Positions 38,232 to 47,565 of a stretch of 54,939 nucleotides of DNA are shown here, one piece after another. Below the pieces are notes generated by a model. The model was not told the DNA's origin. It ran no database searches and was given only the letters and a program-made list of their open reading frames with translations. The stretch lies in the sequence record SRR31156797_10130, one strand, 5' to 3'. The first letter of the stretch is position 1; each line of letters starts with the position of its first letter. The translations under genes were made by a program, and so were the position numbers.

Positions 38232-39701
38232 CTAGTTACTAGAAACCAATGTTAATTTCCCATGATCGATTAGATACACGTCATCCGCGACGGCATCGAT
38301 AAACGCTTGATCGTGAGATGTGAACAAAACGATGCCTCGATAGCTGCGAATCAATTGTTCCAAGACGGTGATTGTCGGTAGATCAATAAAGTTCGTCGGT
38401 TCATCAAGTATCAAGACATTGGCAGATTGAGTAAAGATGCGTGCGAGCTCGACCCGTGTCGCTTCCCCGCCGCTTAGCACATTGACTGGCTTCATCACGT
38501 CAATCTGGCTAAATCCCAGATTGTGTAAAATACTGCGGACCAGTGGTTCCTGATAGTCTGTTTGAGCCATCAATTCCGTCAAAAGCGGTGTGGTGCTGTT
38601 TTTTCGATAGCCCATTTGCTCGTAGACCGCAAAGACGATTTTCGGTGATACATAGATTCCCTCTCCACCTGCGATGATTTCTTTTAGTAAAGTCGACTTC
38701 CCCGAACCGTTCGGACCCACGATAGCGATTTTCTTCCCGGCAGCAAACTGGAAACTGCTGCTGTCTAGCAAACGTTTCGCCCCTCTTTGAATGGTTACTT
38801 GCTCCCCACGAATCGGTCGTTTATTATGCAGCTCCACTGCAGGGACTACTGGAAAACGAATCACCTGCTGCCGGGCAACACCCTTCACTTCTTCCAACTG
38901 ATCCAAGCGGCTTTCCATGGCTTTGACTGTTTTTTGCAATGACTTTTGCACCGTGTCTTTTTGTTTTGATGACGACAAACGGTCTGGTCGGATGTTCTGC
39001 TGCCGCTTTTTTTCAGAAATGCGACTGCTCTTGATCGCTTGTTCTTTTTTCTTTTGGATCGCTTGGGTCAACTGCTGTTTTTGTTGCTGATACTGCGCAG
39101 CCTCCCAGGCAACACGCTGTGCCGCTTGCTCTTTTTGCTGTCGATAACTGTCATAATTACCAGAATACTCGGTGACTTTTCCTTGATCGACTTCCCAGAT
39201 TTTCGTTGCCAGCTGATTCAATAGATACCGATCATGACTGACCACGATCAGGGTGCCATAATAATACTGCAGTTCATCAATCAAGACTTGAATTCCTTGC
39301 TGGTCCAAGTGGGTCGTTGGCTCATCGAGCAAAAGTCCTAACTGATAGGAAGATAACGTTTGTGCCAACCGGTATTTGGTCTCCTCCCCGCCGCTTAGTG
39401 TCGCCAATTCATTTGTTGGGATCGAAAAACGACCGAACAGCGCCCAGTCAAGGGCCTCTGTCTTTTCAGTCACCTCAGCGATTTGCGGGAAATAGTGAAA
39501 CGAATTTTCTTTTTGGATCGTTCCTGAATCAGGATCGACCACTCCCGCAATCAACTTCAGCAAGGTAGACTTGCCTTGCCCGTTTGCGCCCACGATCCCG
39601 ATACGATCCGTTTGATAGGCACTCAGTTCTTCAATGTTCAGTACTTCTTTGGCCCCATAATTTTTGATTAGATTGTTTATTTTTACACTTAATTGTTCCA
39701 T
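38232..39701 (-). CDS. msr: Msr-family ABC-F ribosomal protection protein, msr(C)-like
   Basis: Two NBDs and no TMD; linker IRPDRLSSSKQKD.VQK as in Msr(C)/Msr(A); start ATG 39701. Confidence 0.88.
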   Translation of the reverse strand: MEQLSVKINNLIKNYGAKEVLNIEELSAYQTDRIGIVGANGQGKSTLLKLIAGVVDPDSGTIQKENSFHYFPQIAEVTEKTEALDWALFGRFSIPTNELATLSGGEETKYRLAQTLSSYQLGLLLDEPTTHLDQQGIQVLIDELQYYYGTLIVVSHDRYLLNQLATKIWEVDQGKVTEYSGNYDSYRQQKEQAAQRVAWEAAQYQQQKQQLTQAIQKKKEQAIKSSRISEKKRQQNIRPDRLSSSKQKDTVQKSLQKTVKAMESRLDQLEEVKGVARQQVIRFPVVPAVELHNKRPIRGEQVTIQRGAKRLLDSSSFQFAAGKKIAIVGPNGSGKSTLLKEIIAGGEGIYVSPKIVFAVYEQMGYRKNSTTPLLTELMAQTDYQEPLVRSILHNLGFSQIDVMKPVNVLSGGEATRVELARIFTQSANVLILDEPTNFIDLPTITVLEQLIRSYRGIVLFTSHDQAFIDAVADDVYLIDHGKLTLVSSN

Positions 39702-39736
39702 CAGTCTGTCCTTCCCGTCTAGGAAAACGCAAGCAC

Positions 39737-39767
39737 AAAAAAAGGGCATAGCCTACCGCTATACCCT
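39737..39767 (-). terminator. Attenuator terminator in the msr leader
   Basis: AGGGTATAGC/GCTATGCCCT plus T-tract. Confidence 0.8.
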
Positions 39768-39847
39768 GATTTTAATAAGAAATTGGAAAAAAGAGGACAC
39801 TCATCCCTTGAAATCACGATTGCCTAGACTTTTGAAATAGATTTAAA

Positions 39848-39892
39848 TTAGCTATTCAAAAGGTCAATCCACAATTTCATCGATGCTGTCAT
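39848..39892 (-). CDS. msr leader peptide MTASMKLWIDLLNS
   Basis: SD GAGGAGG; MTASM(K/R)L start shared with known msr leader peptides. Confidence 0.85.
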   Translation of the reverse strand: MTASMKLWIDLLNS

Positions 39893-40060
39893 GTTTTTTC
39901 CTCCTCTTTTTGTCGTATTTGTCTGTTGAATGACAAGCGGAAAATCAGCCGCTACTGTTTACCGTTTACGGTATTTCAGGAAGCTTCTTTAGTCTATCAA
40001 CGAATCAATCGTAGCACGTTTCCAAAAAAGAGTAAAGTTTCATCACAAGAATGATTGGTC

Positions 40061-41329
40061 TTATACGCCATCGGTGATTTTTTCTGCTAATTTGACCTGG
40101 GCTTTTTCACCATTGAAGATTGCACGATCCAGTTCTCCTTCATCATGAGCAACGATCAACGCCACCGTGACGTCAGGGTCAACATTCAAGAGGGTCCGAA
40201 ACATCCCAGAAAACCAATCGATCCCTGCCAGTAAGGCGATGCTTTCATTAGGCAGTCCTAACATAGGTAAAACCGTAGCCAGTGTGACTAATCCGCCGCC
40301 TGGAACGACGATCGTTCCCAAGCATGCCAACGAGGACAACAAGACCACTTGCAAAAGATCCCCCCAGCTCAATTGGATCTGGTACGCCTGAGCAACGGTT
40401 ACGATTGCCAGGGCTAAAAATAAGGAGAGCCCATTGCTATTTAAGGTCATGCCTAGAGGCATCACGAGCTTATTGATTCGATCACTGATCCCAAATCGTT
40501 CTTTGCCATCTTCGATTTGAAACGGCAATGAAACAGCAGAAGAGGTGGTCGTAAAGGAAATCACCGATAGACGCCACATATTCTTTATCAAACGAAACAA
40601 GGAAACTTTGCAATAGAGCGACGTCAAGAGAAACCAAAGAAACAAAAAGAGCAAAGATGCCGCTGCTAACGTCAATAAAAAACTGGCTAACATTCCCAAC
40701 ACACGAATGCCGGTATCTTCTACCAAGGAAGCAACAAGGCCGAAAATCCCGATCGGCGCCAACTTCATGATCATGCTGACCATTTTTAACAAAATATGAT
40801 TAAAACTACTGATCATATCTAGAAACAGCTGATTCTTTTTTTCATGCTTGATTAAGCTCAAGGCAAGGCCAAAGAAGAGCGAAAAAATAATCACTTGGAT
40901 CATATTCTGCTCCACCATGGCTTGAATAATGTTCAGTGGAACAAAGTTCAAGATGACTTCTTCTATACTGCTGGTACTTAATGCAGTTTCTGTACTTTGC
41001 AGCAGCGACTGGTCAAGGCCTGCGCCGGGCTTGAGGATCAAGGCGAACAAGAGACCGAAAATAGCGGCGACGAGGGTCGAACCGGTAAACCAGAGGAAGA
41101 CTTTCCCGCCGATCCCACCTAATTCTTTTGGATCAAGTCCCCCCACCGCTTCAATCACCGAGCCCATGACCAACACGACCACAGACATTTGAATCAGTCG
41201 CAAGAAGAAGTCCCCGACTAGCTGCATTTGATCACCTAAACCGGGAAAGGAAACGCCCCAAAAAATCCCCAATACCGTTGCAATCATGATTTGGTTGGTC
41301 AAACTGATTTTTAAGGATCGTTTTTTCAT
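40061..41329 (-). CDS. Dicarboxylate/amino acid:cation symporter (DAACS), copy 2
   Basis: FTTTSSAVSLP, MPLGMTLNSNG and MFRTLLNV motifs. Confidence 0.9.
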   Translation of the reverse strand: MKKRSLKISLTNQIMIATVLGIFWGVSFPGLGDQMQLVGDFFLRLIQMSVVVLVMGSVIEAVGGLDPKELGGIGGKVFLWFTGSTLVAAIFGLLFALILKPGAGLDQSLLQSTETALSTSSIEEVILNFVPLNIIQAMVEQNMIQVIIFSLFFGLALSLIKHEKKNQLFLDMISSFNHILLKMVSMIMKLAPIGIFGLVASLVEDTGIRVLGMLASFLLTLAAASLLFLFLWFLLTSLYCKVSLFRLIKNMWRLSVISFTTTSSAVSLPFQIEDGKERFGISDRINKLVMPLGMTLNSNGLSLFLALAIVTVAQAYQIQLSWGDLLQVVLLSSLACLGTIVVPGGGLVTLATVLPMLGLPNESIALLAGIDWFSGMFRTLLNVDPDVTVALIVAHDEGELDRAIFNGEKAQVKLAEKITDGV

Positions 41330-41347
41330 CTGTTGTTCCTCACTTTT

Positions 41348-42598
41348 CTACTTTGCTGTTTTCTTAGAGTTTACAGTCAAGAATAAGAATGTACCACCGA
41401 TCAACAAAATAATTGCGATATAAAAGCCCATTACTTTTGACCCTGTTGCATCCGAGATCGATCCGGTCAATGTTGGTGCGATAACGGAAGACATCATGCC
41501 GAAAAAGTTGAAGACCCCTAATGTCGTACCGACCCCAACTTTTGGTGCATTTTCCCCTAGCCAAGAAATGATGATTGGTTCAACCGCTAGTTTTCCAAGG
41601 AACCCGTACAAGATCAACGCGATCATTAAGAAGGTCGAATTTGTTGCTTGCACCGTTACTAATAACATCAACGCCGCTAATATTTCTAAAATAACGATAA
41701 AGGTAACTTTTTTATGCATGTATTTGTCTGCCAAGCGGCTAAAGAACAAGGCCCCAGGAATCGAAGCAAATGCCACCAATGAAGAAGAGAATCCGATTGC
41801 GACTCCTTGGAAGCCTCGTTCTGTTCCTAAGAAGTTTGGTAGCCAAGTAACCGTCATATAGTAGGCATAACACGTCGCAAAATATAACACATACGTAAAG
41901 AGCATCCGCAGGGAGAACAAGGTCGAAAGGGAAACTTTTTCTTTCGGCTGATCCGTTGTTTCTTCTTCAGCTGCTGCTTGACTCTCCAAGAAAGCTACGT
42001 CTTCTTTGTTGCTGCGGATCACCAATGCGAAAGCGATCGTCATACATACGATCAAGAAAGCGGATAAGTACATCATTGTTTGCCAAGGCATATTCATCTG
42101 AATAACGATAAAGCTTGATAAGATCATCCCAAACCCTGAACCAACGGCAGAACCACTATTGACGATCGCTGTTGAGAAGCTCTTCTTTTCTTTCGGAATG
42201 TTCTGTGAGGTCAAAGAATACGCGGAACCATAAAATGATCCACAGCCGATCCCTGCTAAAAAGCTACCGGTATAGATCATGGAGATTGAAGAGGCTTGTG
42301 AAATCAGTAAAGCTGCCAGTGCAAATACCACAAATCCCGGAAGCAGAACTGTTTTCTTCCCAATCTTATCCACTAAAAAGCCGGCAGGGATCTGCATGAT
42401 CACATAGCCGAAAAAGTAAAAGCTGGCGATCGATCCTAATGCTGTATCAGAAATATTGCCACCAAGTGACTCATTGATTTGCGGATAGACCGGTGATAAC
42501 GCAGCGCGATAAATCCAGATAGTGACCCAGCCTGAACACATTAAGATAATAATTTGTTTCCAGTAGGCAAGCCCACCACGTTCTTTATTGATTTCCAT
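41348..42598 (-). CDS. MFS transporter, copy 2
   Basis: GFLVDKIGKK; shares YWK, TWLP.FL..ERGF and ENAPK segments with copy 1; start ATG 42598 after GGAGG. Confidence 0.92.
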   Translation of the reverse strand: MEINKERGGLAYWKQIIILMCSGWVTIWIYRAALSPVYPQINESLGGNISDTALGSIASFYFFGYVIMQIPAGFLVDKIGKKTVLLPGFVVFALAALLISQASSISMIYTGSFLAGIGCGSFYGSAYSLTSQNIPKEKKSFSTAIVNSGSAVGSGFGMILSSFIVIQMNMPWQTMMYLSAFLIVCMTIAFALVIRSNKEDVAFLESQAAAEEETTDQPKEKVSLSTLFSLRMLFTYVLYFATCYAYYMTVTWLPNFLGTERGFQGVAIGFSSSLVAFASIPGALFFSRLADKYMHKKVTFIVILEILAALMLLVTVQATNSTFLMIALILYGFLGKLAVEPIIISWLGENAPKVGVGTTLGVFNFFGMMSSVIAPTLTGSISDATGSKVMGFYIAIILLIGGTFLFLTVNSKKTAK

Positions 42599-42646
42599 TT
42601 TTTTCCCTCCATCAGTTACACAAGTAAAGTTTGTGAAGCACGCCAA

Positions 42647-42746
42647 CGAAAGCGCTTTAAGATAGTCTTAGTGTACGTTTTTTTGCCGACTATTGCATTT
42701 GTCATTTTTCACAAAGCGCTTTCAGTCGTTGTGCATTTGTGCTAAA
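42647..42746 (-). promoter_or_regulatory. Two cre-like sites and a PucR-type motif upstream of MFS2
   Basis: CGAAAGCGCTTTAA (42647), ACAAAGCGCTTTCA (42711), TTGTGCATTTGTGCTAAA (42729). Confidence 0.55.
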
Positions 42747-42749
42747 ATT

Positions 42750-43964
42750 TCAAGTCGTTTTTTGGTAGTAATTTAACGCAGCGATGAGCGCTTTGCCGGC
42801 AGAAATTGGTGCTTGCTGGTACAATAGTGCCCCTTCTAACGCGGCTAGGACATGTAAAATATTTTCTTTGCGGCTGCTGTAGCCCATATTTCCAATCCGC
42901 CAGATTTTTCCTTTTAGATCACCAAATGAACTAGCGATCTCTACACCAAAGGAGTGAAGCATCTCTTCTCGGACAGCTTCGCCATCAACACCTTCTGGAA
43001 TAAAGATGGGGGTAACTGTCGGCATTTTGGTTGCTTTTTCGCCATAAATCGAAAGCCCCATTGCCTCCAGTCCAGCGACCAACGCCCCTTCATTCGTCAA
43101 ATGACGTTGATAGGCTGCATCGAGGCCTTCGTTTAGCAACATCCGTAATCCTTCATGAAGCGCATAGATCATACTCGTCGCTTCTGTGTGATGGTTGATT
43201 CGCTCTTTGTTCCAGTAGCGTTGCAATTGACTCAAATCCAAGTAATTACTCATAATGTGCCGCTTGTTTCGATCCGTTTTGCTCAAGCCTAATTCTTTTT
43301 GGTAACGGGCACTAAGGACGGCTTCGACTCGATCGTTGTAGGTCACTAATGAAAGACCAGACGGCACACTTAAACACTTCTGTGTACCGGCAATTGCCAA
43401 ATCGACACACCAATCATCGACTGACAGGGCCACGCCACCATAAGTCGCCACCATGTCAACGACAAAGAAAATATCTTTTGCGCGACAATACTGCCCGATT
43501 TCTGCTAACGGCTGCATTTGCCCATTGGCAGTTTCCCCGTGGACCATCGCCACGATCTTGGGTTGAAATGCGTCGATTTCTTTGATGACCTCTGCGGGTG
43601 CAAAAGGAGCCGTCCATTCTTTTTCTACATATTTGACTTGCGCTTGGGCACGTTCACAGATTTCTCCAAGTAAGAAAGCAAAGCGCCCATAGGCGGGGAT
43701 CAAGACTTTGTCCCCTGGTTCGATCAAAGCGATCAGCGCCGCTTCTAAACCAGCTCGGGAAGTCCCATCAATGGCAAATGCCTCTTTGTTTTTGGTTCCA
43801 AACGGTTGTTTGATCATTTCTTTGACCTCATCCATGATCGCCAAAAAATTCGGATCAAACTGTCCCAAAATACGATTGGTCATTGCTTGAAGAACAGCTG
43901 GATGTGCTTCTACAGGCCCAGGTGTCATGATCGTACGTTGTGCGATCGTTAACTCTTTATACAT
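42750..43964 (-). CDS. pucG: (S)-ureidoglycine-glyoxylate aminotransferase (class V PLP)
   Basis: MTPGP, GTSRAGLE, HGETANG, GTQKC and NHHTEAT motifs; ureide cluster context. Confidence 0.85.
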   Translation of the reverse strand: MYKELTIAQRTIMTPGPVEAHPAVLQAMTNRILGQFDPNFLAIMDEVKEMIKQPFGTKNKEAFAIDGTSRAGLEAALIALIEPGDKVLIPAYGRFAFLLGEICERAQAQVKYVEKEWTAPFAPAEVIKEIDAFQPKIVAMVHGETANGQMQPLAEIGQYCRAKDIFFVVDMVATYGGVALSVDDWCVDLAIAGTQKCLSVPSGLSLVTYNDRVEAVLSARYQKELGLSKTDRNKRHIMSNYLDLSQLQRYWNKERINHHTEATSMIYALHEGLRMLLNEGLDAAYQRHLTNEGALVAGLEAMGLSIYGEKATKMPTVTPIFIPEGVDGEAVREEMLHSFGVEIASSFGDLKGKIWRIGNMGYSSRKENILHVLAALEGALLYQQAPISAGKALIAALNYYQKTT

Positions 43965-44007
43965 CTTTTCCCCTCATTTCTCTTTTTGATTTCACTGCCC
44001 AACGCCT

Positions 44008-44045
44008 TGTCAACGTTTCCAAGTTTGTTGTACAATAAAGCTAAA
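44008..44045. promoter_or_regulatory. cre site and PucR-type motif in the pucG-pucR spacer
   Basis: Minus-strand TGGAAACGTTGACA (44021-44008); TTGTACAATAAAGCTAAA (44028-44045). Confidence 0.55.
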
Positions 44046-44094
44046 AAAGGACATGTTTTTGTTTGTTTTGTTCAATTCTAAAAGGAGTTTCTCT

Positions 44095-45726
44095 ATGAAG
44101 TTAGTTGCTGAATTGCTTGCTACACCACGCTTTTCCAATTTGCGTTTGTTGACAGATCCCATTACCGCGGAAATTCCCGTCGACAGTATCGAAATCACTG
44201 AGACCCCCGATATCGCACACTATATTCCTGAGCATACCTTTATCTTAAGCACGGCGATGGTTTATAAAGATAATCAAGGAGCACTGCTTGAACTGATCGA
44301 TTCCCTCGTAGCCAAAAATGCCGCTGGATTAGGCATCAAGATCGGTCGTTTTTTGGATGTCATCGATCCTGAAGTCATCGCCTACGCCGATAGTTTAGGT
44401 TTCCCCATCGTAGAAGTACCTGCCACGATGCCGCTGGGCCGTTTGATGCACCAGCTTTTGAATTTACTATGGAACACCAAAACCGAGCAGCTGAGTTATG
44501 CCTTAGATATCCAAAAACGGTTCTCTGCTTCCTTGATGAAGGATGTCAGCATCGCTCGCTTTATCGCTGATTTTGGCCAAATGGTCAATACACCGATCAT
44601 TTTGTTGAATCCTTTCAAACAAGTGATTGCCCATTCCAAGCATTTCACCCGCATGTCAAAACCCGCGGAGTACTACATCCATCAATTAGGACAAACGAAA
44701 GGGGTTTTTACTGGTGAAAAAAGCGGGGCGATCCCTATCAAAGATCTCCATGAAAAAACGTCACAAATTTCTTATTATGCCATTGAAACCTCCACTTATT
44801 TCCCCCATTATTTAGTCATTTTGAATCCTGAGGCGATTCCTTATCCTGTCTCGGATTTTGCGCTGGAACAAGCAGCATTGGTCTTGTCGTTTATGCTCTA
44901 CAAAAACCAAAAAGTGCAAGAATCTTTTGAAGATTTAAAAAGTGACTTTTTAACACGGATGATCGAATACCAGCAATCTTCCAAACAGGAACAAAAAGAT
45001 TGGTTAGATCTCGGAAAGACTTACGGGTTGGTCAAAGCCCGCCATTATCGTGTCATCTATGGTGCCTGTGAACCAACCAAAGAAACCAAAGACAAAGACA
45101 AATACCTAAAAGAAGAAAGTGACTTGGTCTATCAGTGGTTTAGTGAACAACTGCCTTATCGCATCAAAGATGTTTGTCTCTTTCGCTTAAAGGGCAGCAA
45201 TCACTTTGCGATTTTCGTGCAGCATAAGTGTGATGCCTTAGAAGACCATTTGATTGAGACCGCCAATGCTTTGACCAATCGGTTGCCTTTTCGAATGGCC
45301 TTTGGTGTAGGGAGTGTCTGTGAAAGCATCAATGATTTAGCCAGCTCCTACATTGAAGCAAAGACTGCTTATGAAGAACGAAGAGGCCAACATGATTCTC
45401 CCATCGTCTCTTTCTACCATCAACGGGGAATGCGGAGTCTATTTGAAAAAATGAGCCCTGAAGATATCCATTATTTCTGCCGCACGATCCTCAAAGAATT
45501 GGCGTTTCCGCAAGAAGATGCCACCATCGAATTGCGCAAAACCTTACGGGCTTACTTGGATTATCAATGTGAGATCACCCGCACCGCCAAAGCCTTGTTC
45601 GTTCATCGCAATACGATCAAATACCGCATCGAACAGTGCCAAAAGCTACTAGGAAAAAACGTGCATGATCCTAGCATTAGCCTGGATCTGCGCTTAGCCC
45701 TTGAGCTGTCCGAAGAAGGCGACTAA
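44095..45726 (+). CDS. PucR-family transcriptional regulator, copy 2
   Basis: IEITETPD, GLGIKIGRF and HTH TAKALFVHRNTIKYRI motifs; RBS AAGGAG before ATG 44095. Confidence 0.9.
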   Translation: MKLVAELLATPRFSNLRLLTDPITAEIPVDSIEITETPDIAHYIPEHTFILSTAMVYKDNQGALLELIDSLVAKNAAGLGIKIGRFLDVIDPEVIAYADSLGFPIVEVPATMPLGRLMHQLLNLLWNTKTEQLSYALDIQKRFSASLMKDVSIARFIADFGQMVNTPIILLNPFKQVIAHSKHFTRMSKPAEYYIHQLGQTKGVFTGEKSGAIPIKDLHEKTSQISYYAIETSTYFPHYLVILNPEAIPYPVSDFALEQAALVLSFMLYKNQKVQESFEDLKSDFLTRMIEYQQSSKQEQKDWLDLGKTYGLVKARHYRVIYGACEPTKETKDKDKYLKEESDLVYQWFSEQLPYRIKDVCLFRLKGSNHFAIFVQHKCDALEDHLIETANALTNRLPFRMAFGVGSVCESINDLASSYIEAKTAYEERRGQHDSPIVSFYHQRGMRSLFEKMSPEDIHYFCRTILKELAFPQEDATIELRKTLRAYLDYQCEITRTAKALFVHRNTIKYRIEQCQKLLGKNVHDPSISLDLRLALELSEEGD

Positions 45727-45756
45727 TAGGCGAATCAAGCAGTTGGATCGCTGGTG

Positions 45757-46692
45757 TTACCCAGCGATCCTTGTGCCTGCTTCACCTAACAATGCTAAGT
45801 CTGCTTCTTCCAATGAGCAGATGATTGCCGTCTTTCCTTGCTTGGCAAACGCAATCGCTGCTTCCATTTTCGGCCCCATACTGCCTTCTGCAAAATGCCC
45901 CGCATCAAAATATGCTTGCGCTTCACTTACGGATAATCCCGTTAATTTTTCTTGCTCCGGTGTTCCGTAATTGATATAAACGTTGCTGACGTCGGTCAGC
46001 ATCATAAATACATCGGCATCCACTTGTTCTGCCAATTTTTTCCCAGTTCGGTCTTTATCGATGACTGCTTCGATCCCTTTCAAGCCTTCCGCTTGTTTTA
46101 CGACTGGAATCCCACCGCCGCCACCAGCGATCACGATGGTATTTTGATTCAATAAATGAACCATTGATTCCACGCCGTGGATCGTCACAGGTTGTGGGGA
46201 TGGCACGACGCGACGGTACCCACGTCCAGCATCTTCTTCCATCACCCAATGTTTTTCCTCAGCCATTGTTTTTGCTTCTTCTTCTGAGTAGAACAAGCCG
46301 ATCGGCTTCGTTGGCTTTTCAAACGCGGGATCATCCGCTGCCACTTCCACTTGAGTCAATAAGGTCACGACATTGCTGGTCAGTTCTTCTTGATCGATTT
46401 TATTTTTGATGCTTTGCTCCATCAAATAACCGATAAAGCCTTGTGACTCTGCATTGCAGACATCCAGTGGAAAAGGCGGCACGACTTCTTTGGCTTCTTC
46501 ATTTTGTCGTAAAATATTGCCGACTTGCGGCCCATTGCCATGCGTCACAACGATTTGATGGTCAAGTTTCTCGATTTTAGCGATCTGTTCTGCACTTAAC
46601 TGGATATTTGCAAGCTGTGTCTCTACGGTCGCTGGTTGATTCGGTTTTAAAATTGCATTGCCCCCTAGAGCGATGACCACTCGTTTTGCCAT
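45757..46692 (-). CDS. arcC: Carbamate kinase, copy 2
   Basis: ALGGNA, THGNGPQVG, EAVIDKD and GSMGPK motifs. Confidence 0.93.
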   Translation of the reverse strand: MAKRVVIALGGNAILKPNQPATVETQLANIQLSAEQIAKIEKLDHQIVVTHGNGPQVGNILRQNEEAKEVVPPFPLDVCNAESQGFIGYLMEQSIKNKIDQEELTSNVVTLLTQVEVAADDPAFEKPTKPIGLFYSEEEAKTMAEEKHWVMEEDAGRGYRRVVPSPQPVTIHGVESMVHLLNQNTIVIAGGGGGIPVVKQAEGLKGIEAVIDKDRTGKKLAEQVDADVFMMLTDVSNVYINYGTPEQEKLTGLSVSEAQAYFDAGHFAEGSMGPKMEAAIAFAKQGKTAIICSLEEADLALLGEAGTRIAG

Positions 46693-47528
46693 ATGAATTC
46701 CTCATTTCTATTGTTTTGAAATTGATTGATACTGCGAGCAAACCCTGCCAAAAAGTCAGCCCCCGAGGTATGACCGATCGCTAGTATCTCTTTGATTACT
46801 TGGTAAAAAGCCGCTGAATCGGTACACCTGGTCAAGGATAACGCCGATTGATTGAATGCGCCTGTCAACGCATGCAGAAGATAATGTTTACTGACGTCAG
46901 TCGTCAAATCATTGACTGTCAACAGCCTTCTTTGTAGATAAGCCACCAAGCGGGTATCTTCTTGCCCCATCACTCGGCGAGCCAGTAAATGGCCAACTAG
47001 CATATCATCGCCTGTGGGGGTCAATCCGACACCCCGTCCGACTAAATAAGCGACTGCTTGCCGTTGTTCTTTAAATGAAGGCGTGCATAGCTGATCGATT
47101 GCGTCATAAAACGGATGATTGCTGCTGATGGTTTGTGAAACAGCTTCTTGAATCCCCGTCTTTTCCGTGACATGTTGGAGGGTTGACCAAAACAGTTCTC
47201 GATCAAATGGGACTGTGCCAGCTGGGAAGGTGGTTGTAAACATGGCTGCCTTTTGAAAAGACAGACGATGATGCGGAAAATGGATCACTCGTTGCTGAAC
47301 CAAAAGAGTGGTACCAGCAAGCAAGTCGGTCGCCAACGCTGCATAATCGTCGGCAGCTAAAATCATTCCTTTGGGCATGCGAGCCGCTTGTTTGGAGACA
47401 CAGATCAGCTGATCCTGACGAGGATCTTGCAGATTGAAACTATGCTGAAACACACTGTGAACGAGCCAGGTGCCATTGATAAATGCGGGTTCAAATAAAG
47501 CTTGGTCGATCCATTTTGCCTGTATCAT
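46665..47528 (-). CDS. DUF2877 / YlbF (AllH-like), copy 2
   Basis: VGRGVGLTPTGDD, TTDVS and GHTSGAD motifs; start ATG 47528 after AAGGAG. Confidence 0.88.
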   Translation of the reverse strand: MIQAKWIDQALFEPAFINGTWLVHSVFQHSFNLQDPRQDQLICVSKQAARMPKGMILAADDYAALATDLLAGTTLLVQQRVIHFPHHRLSFQKAAMFTTTFPAGTVPFDRELFWSTLQHVTEKTGIQEAVSQTISSNHPFYDAIDQLCTPSFKEQRQAVAYLVGRGVGLTPTGDDMLVGHLLARRVMGQEDTRLVAYLQRRLLTVNDLTTDVSKHYLLHALTGAFNQSALSLTRCTDSAAFYQVIKEILAIGHTSGADFLAGFARSINQFQNNRNEEFIWQNEWSSL

Positions 47529-47565
47529 CGCTAGGTTGCTCCTTTTCACGTTTTCAGACCCTGAG

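Noticed and set aside
36726-40060. Mobile element carrying the antiporter and msr
   Set aside because: No integrase, transposase, terminal repeats or visible composition shift.
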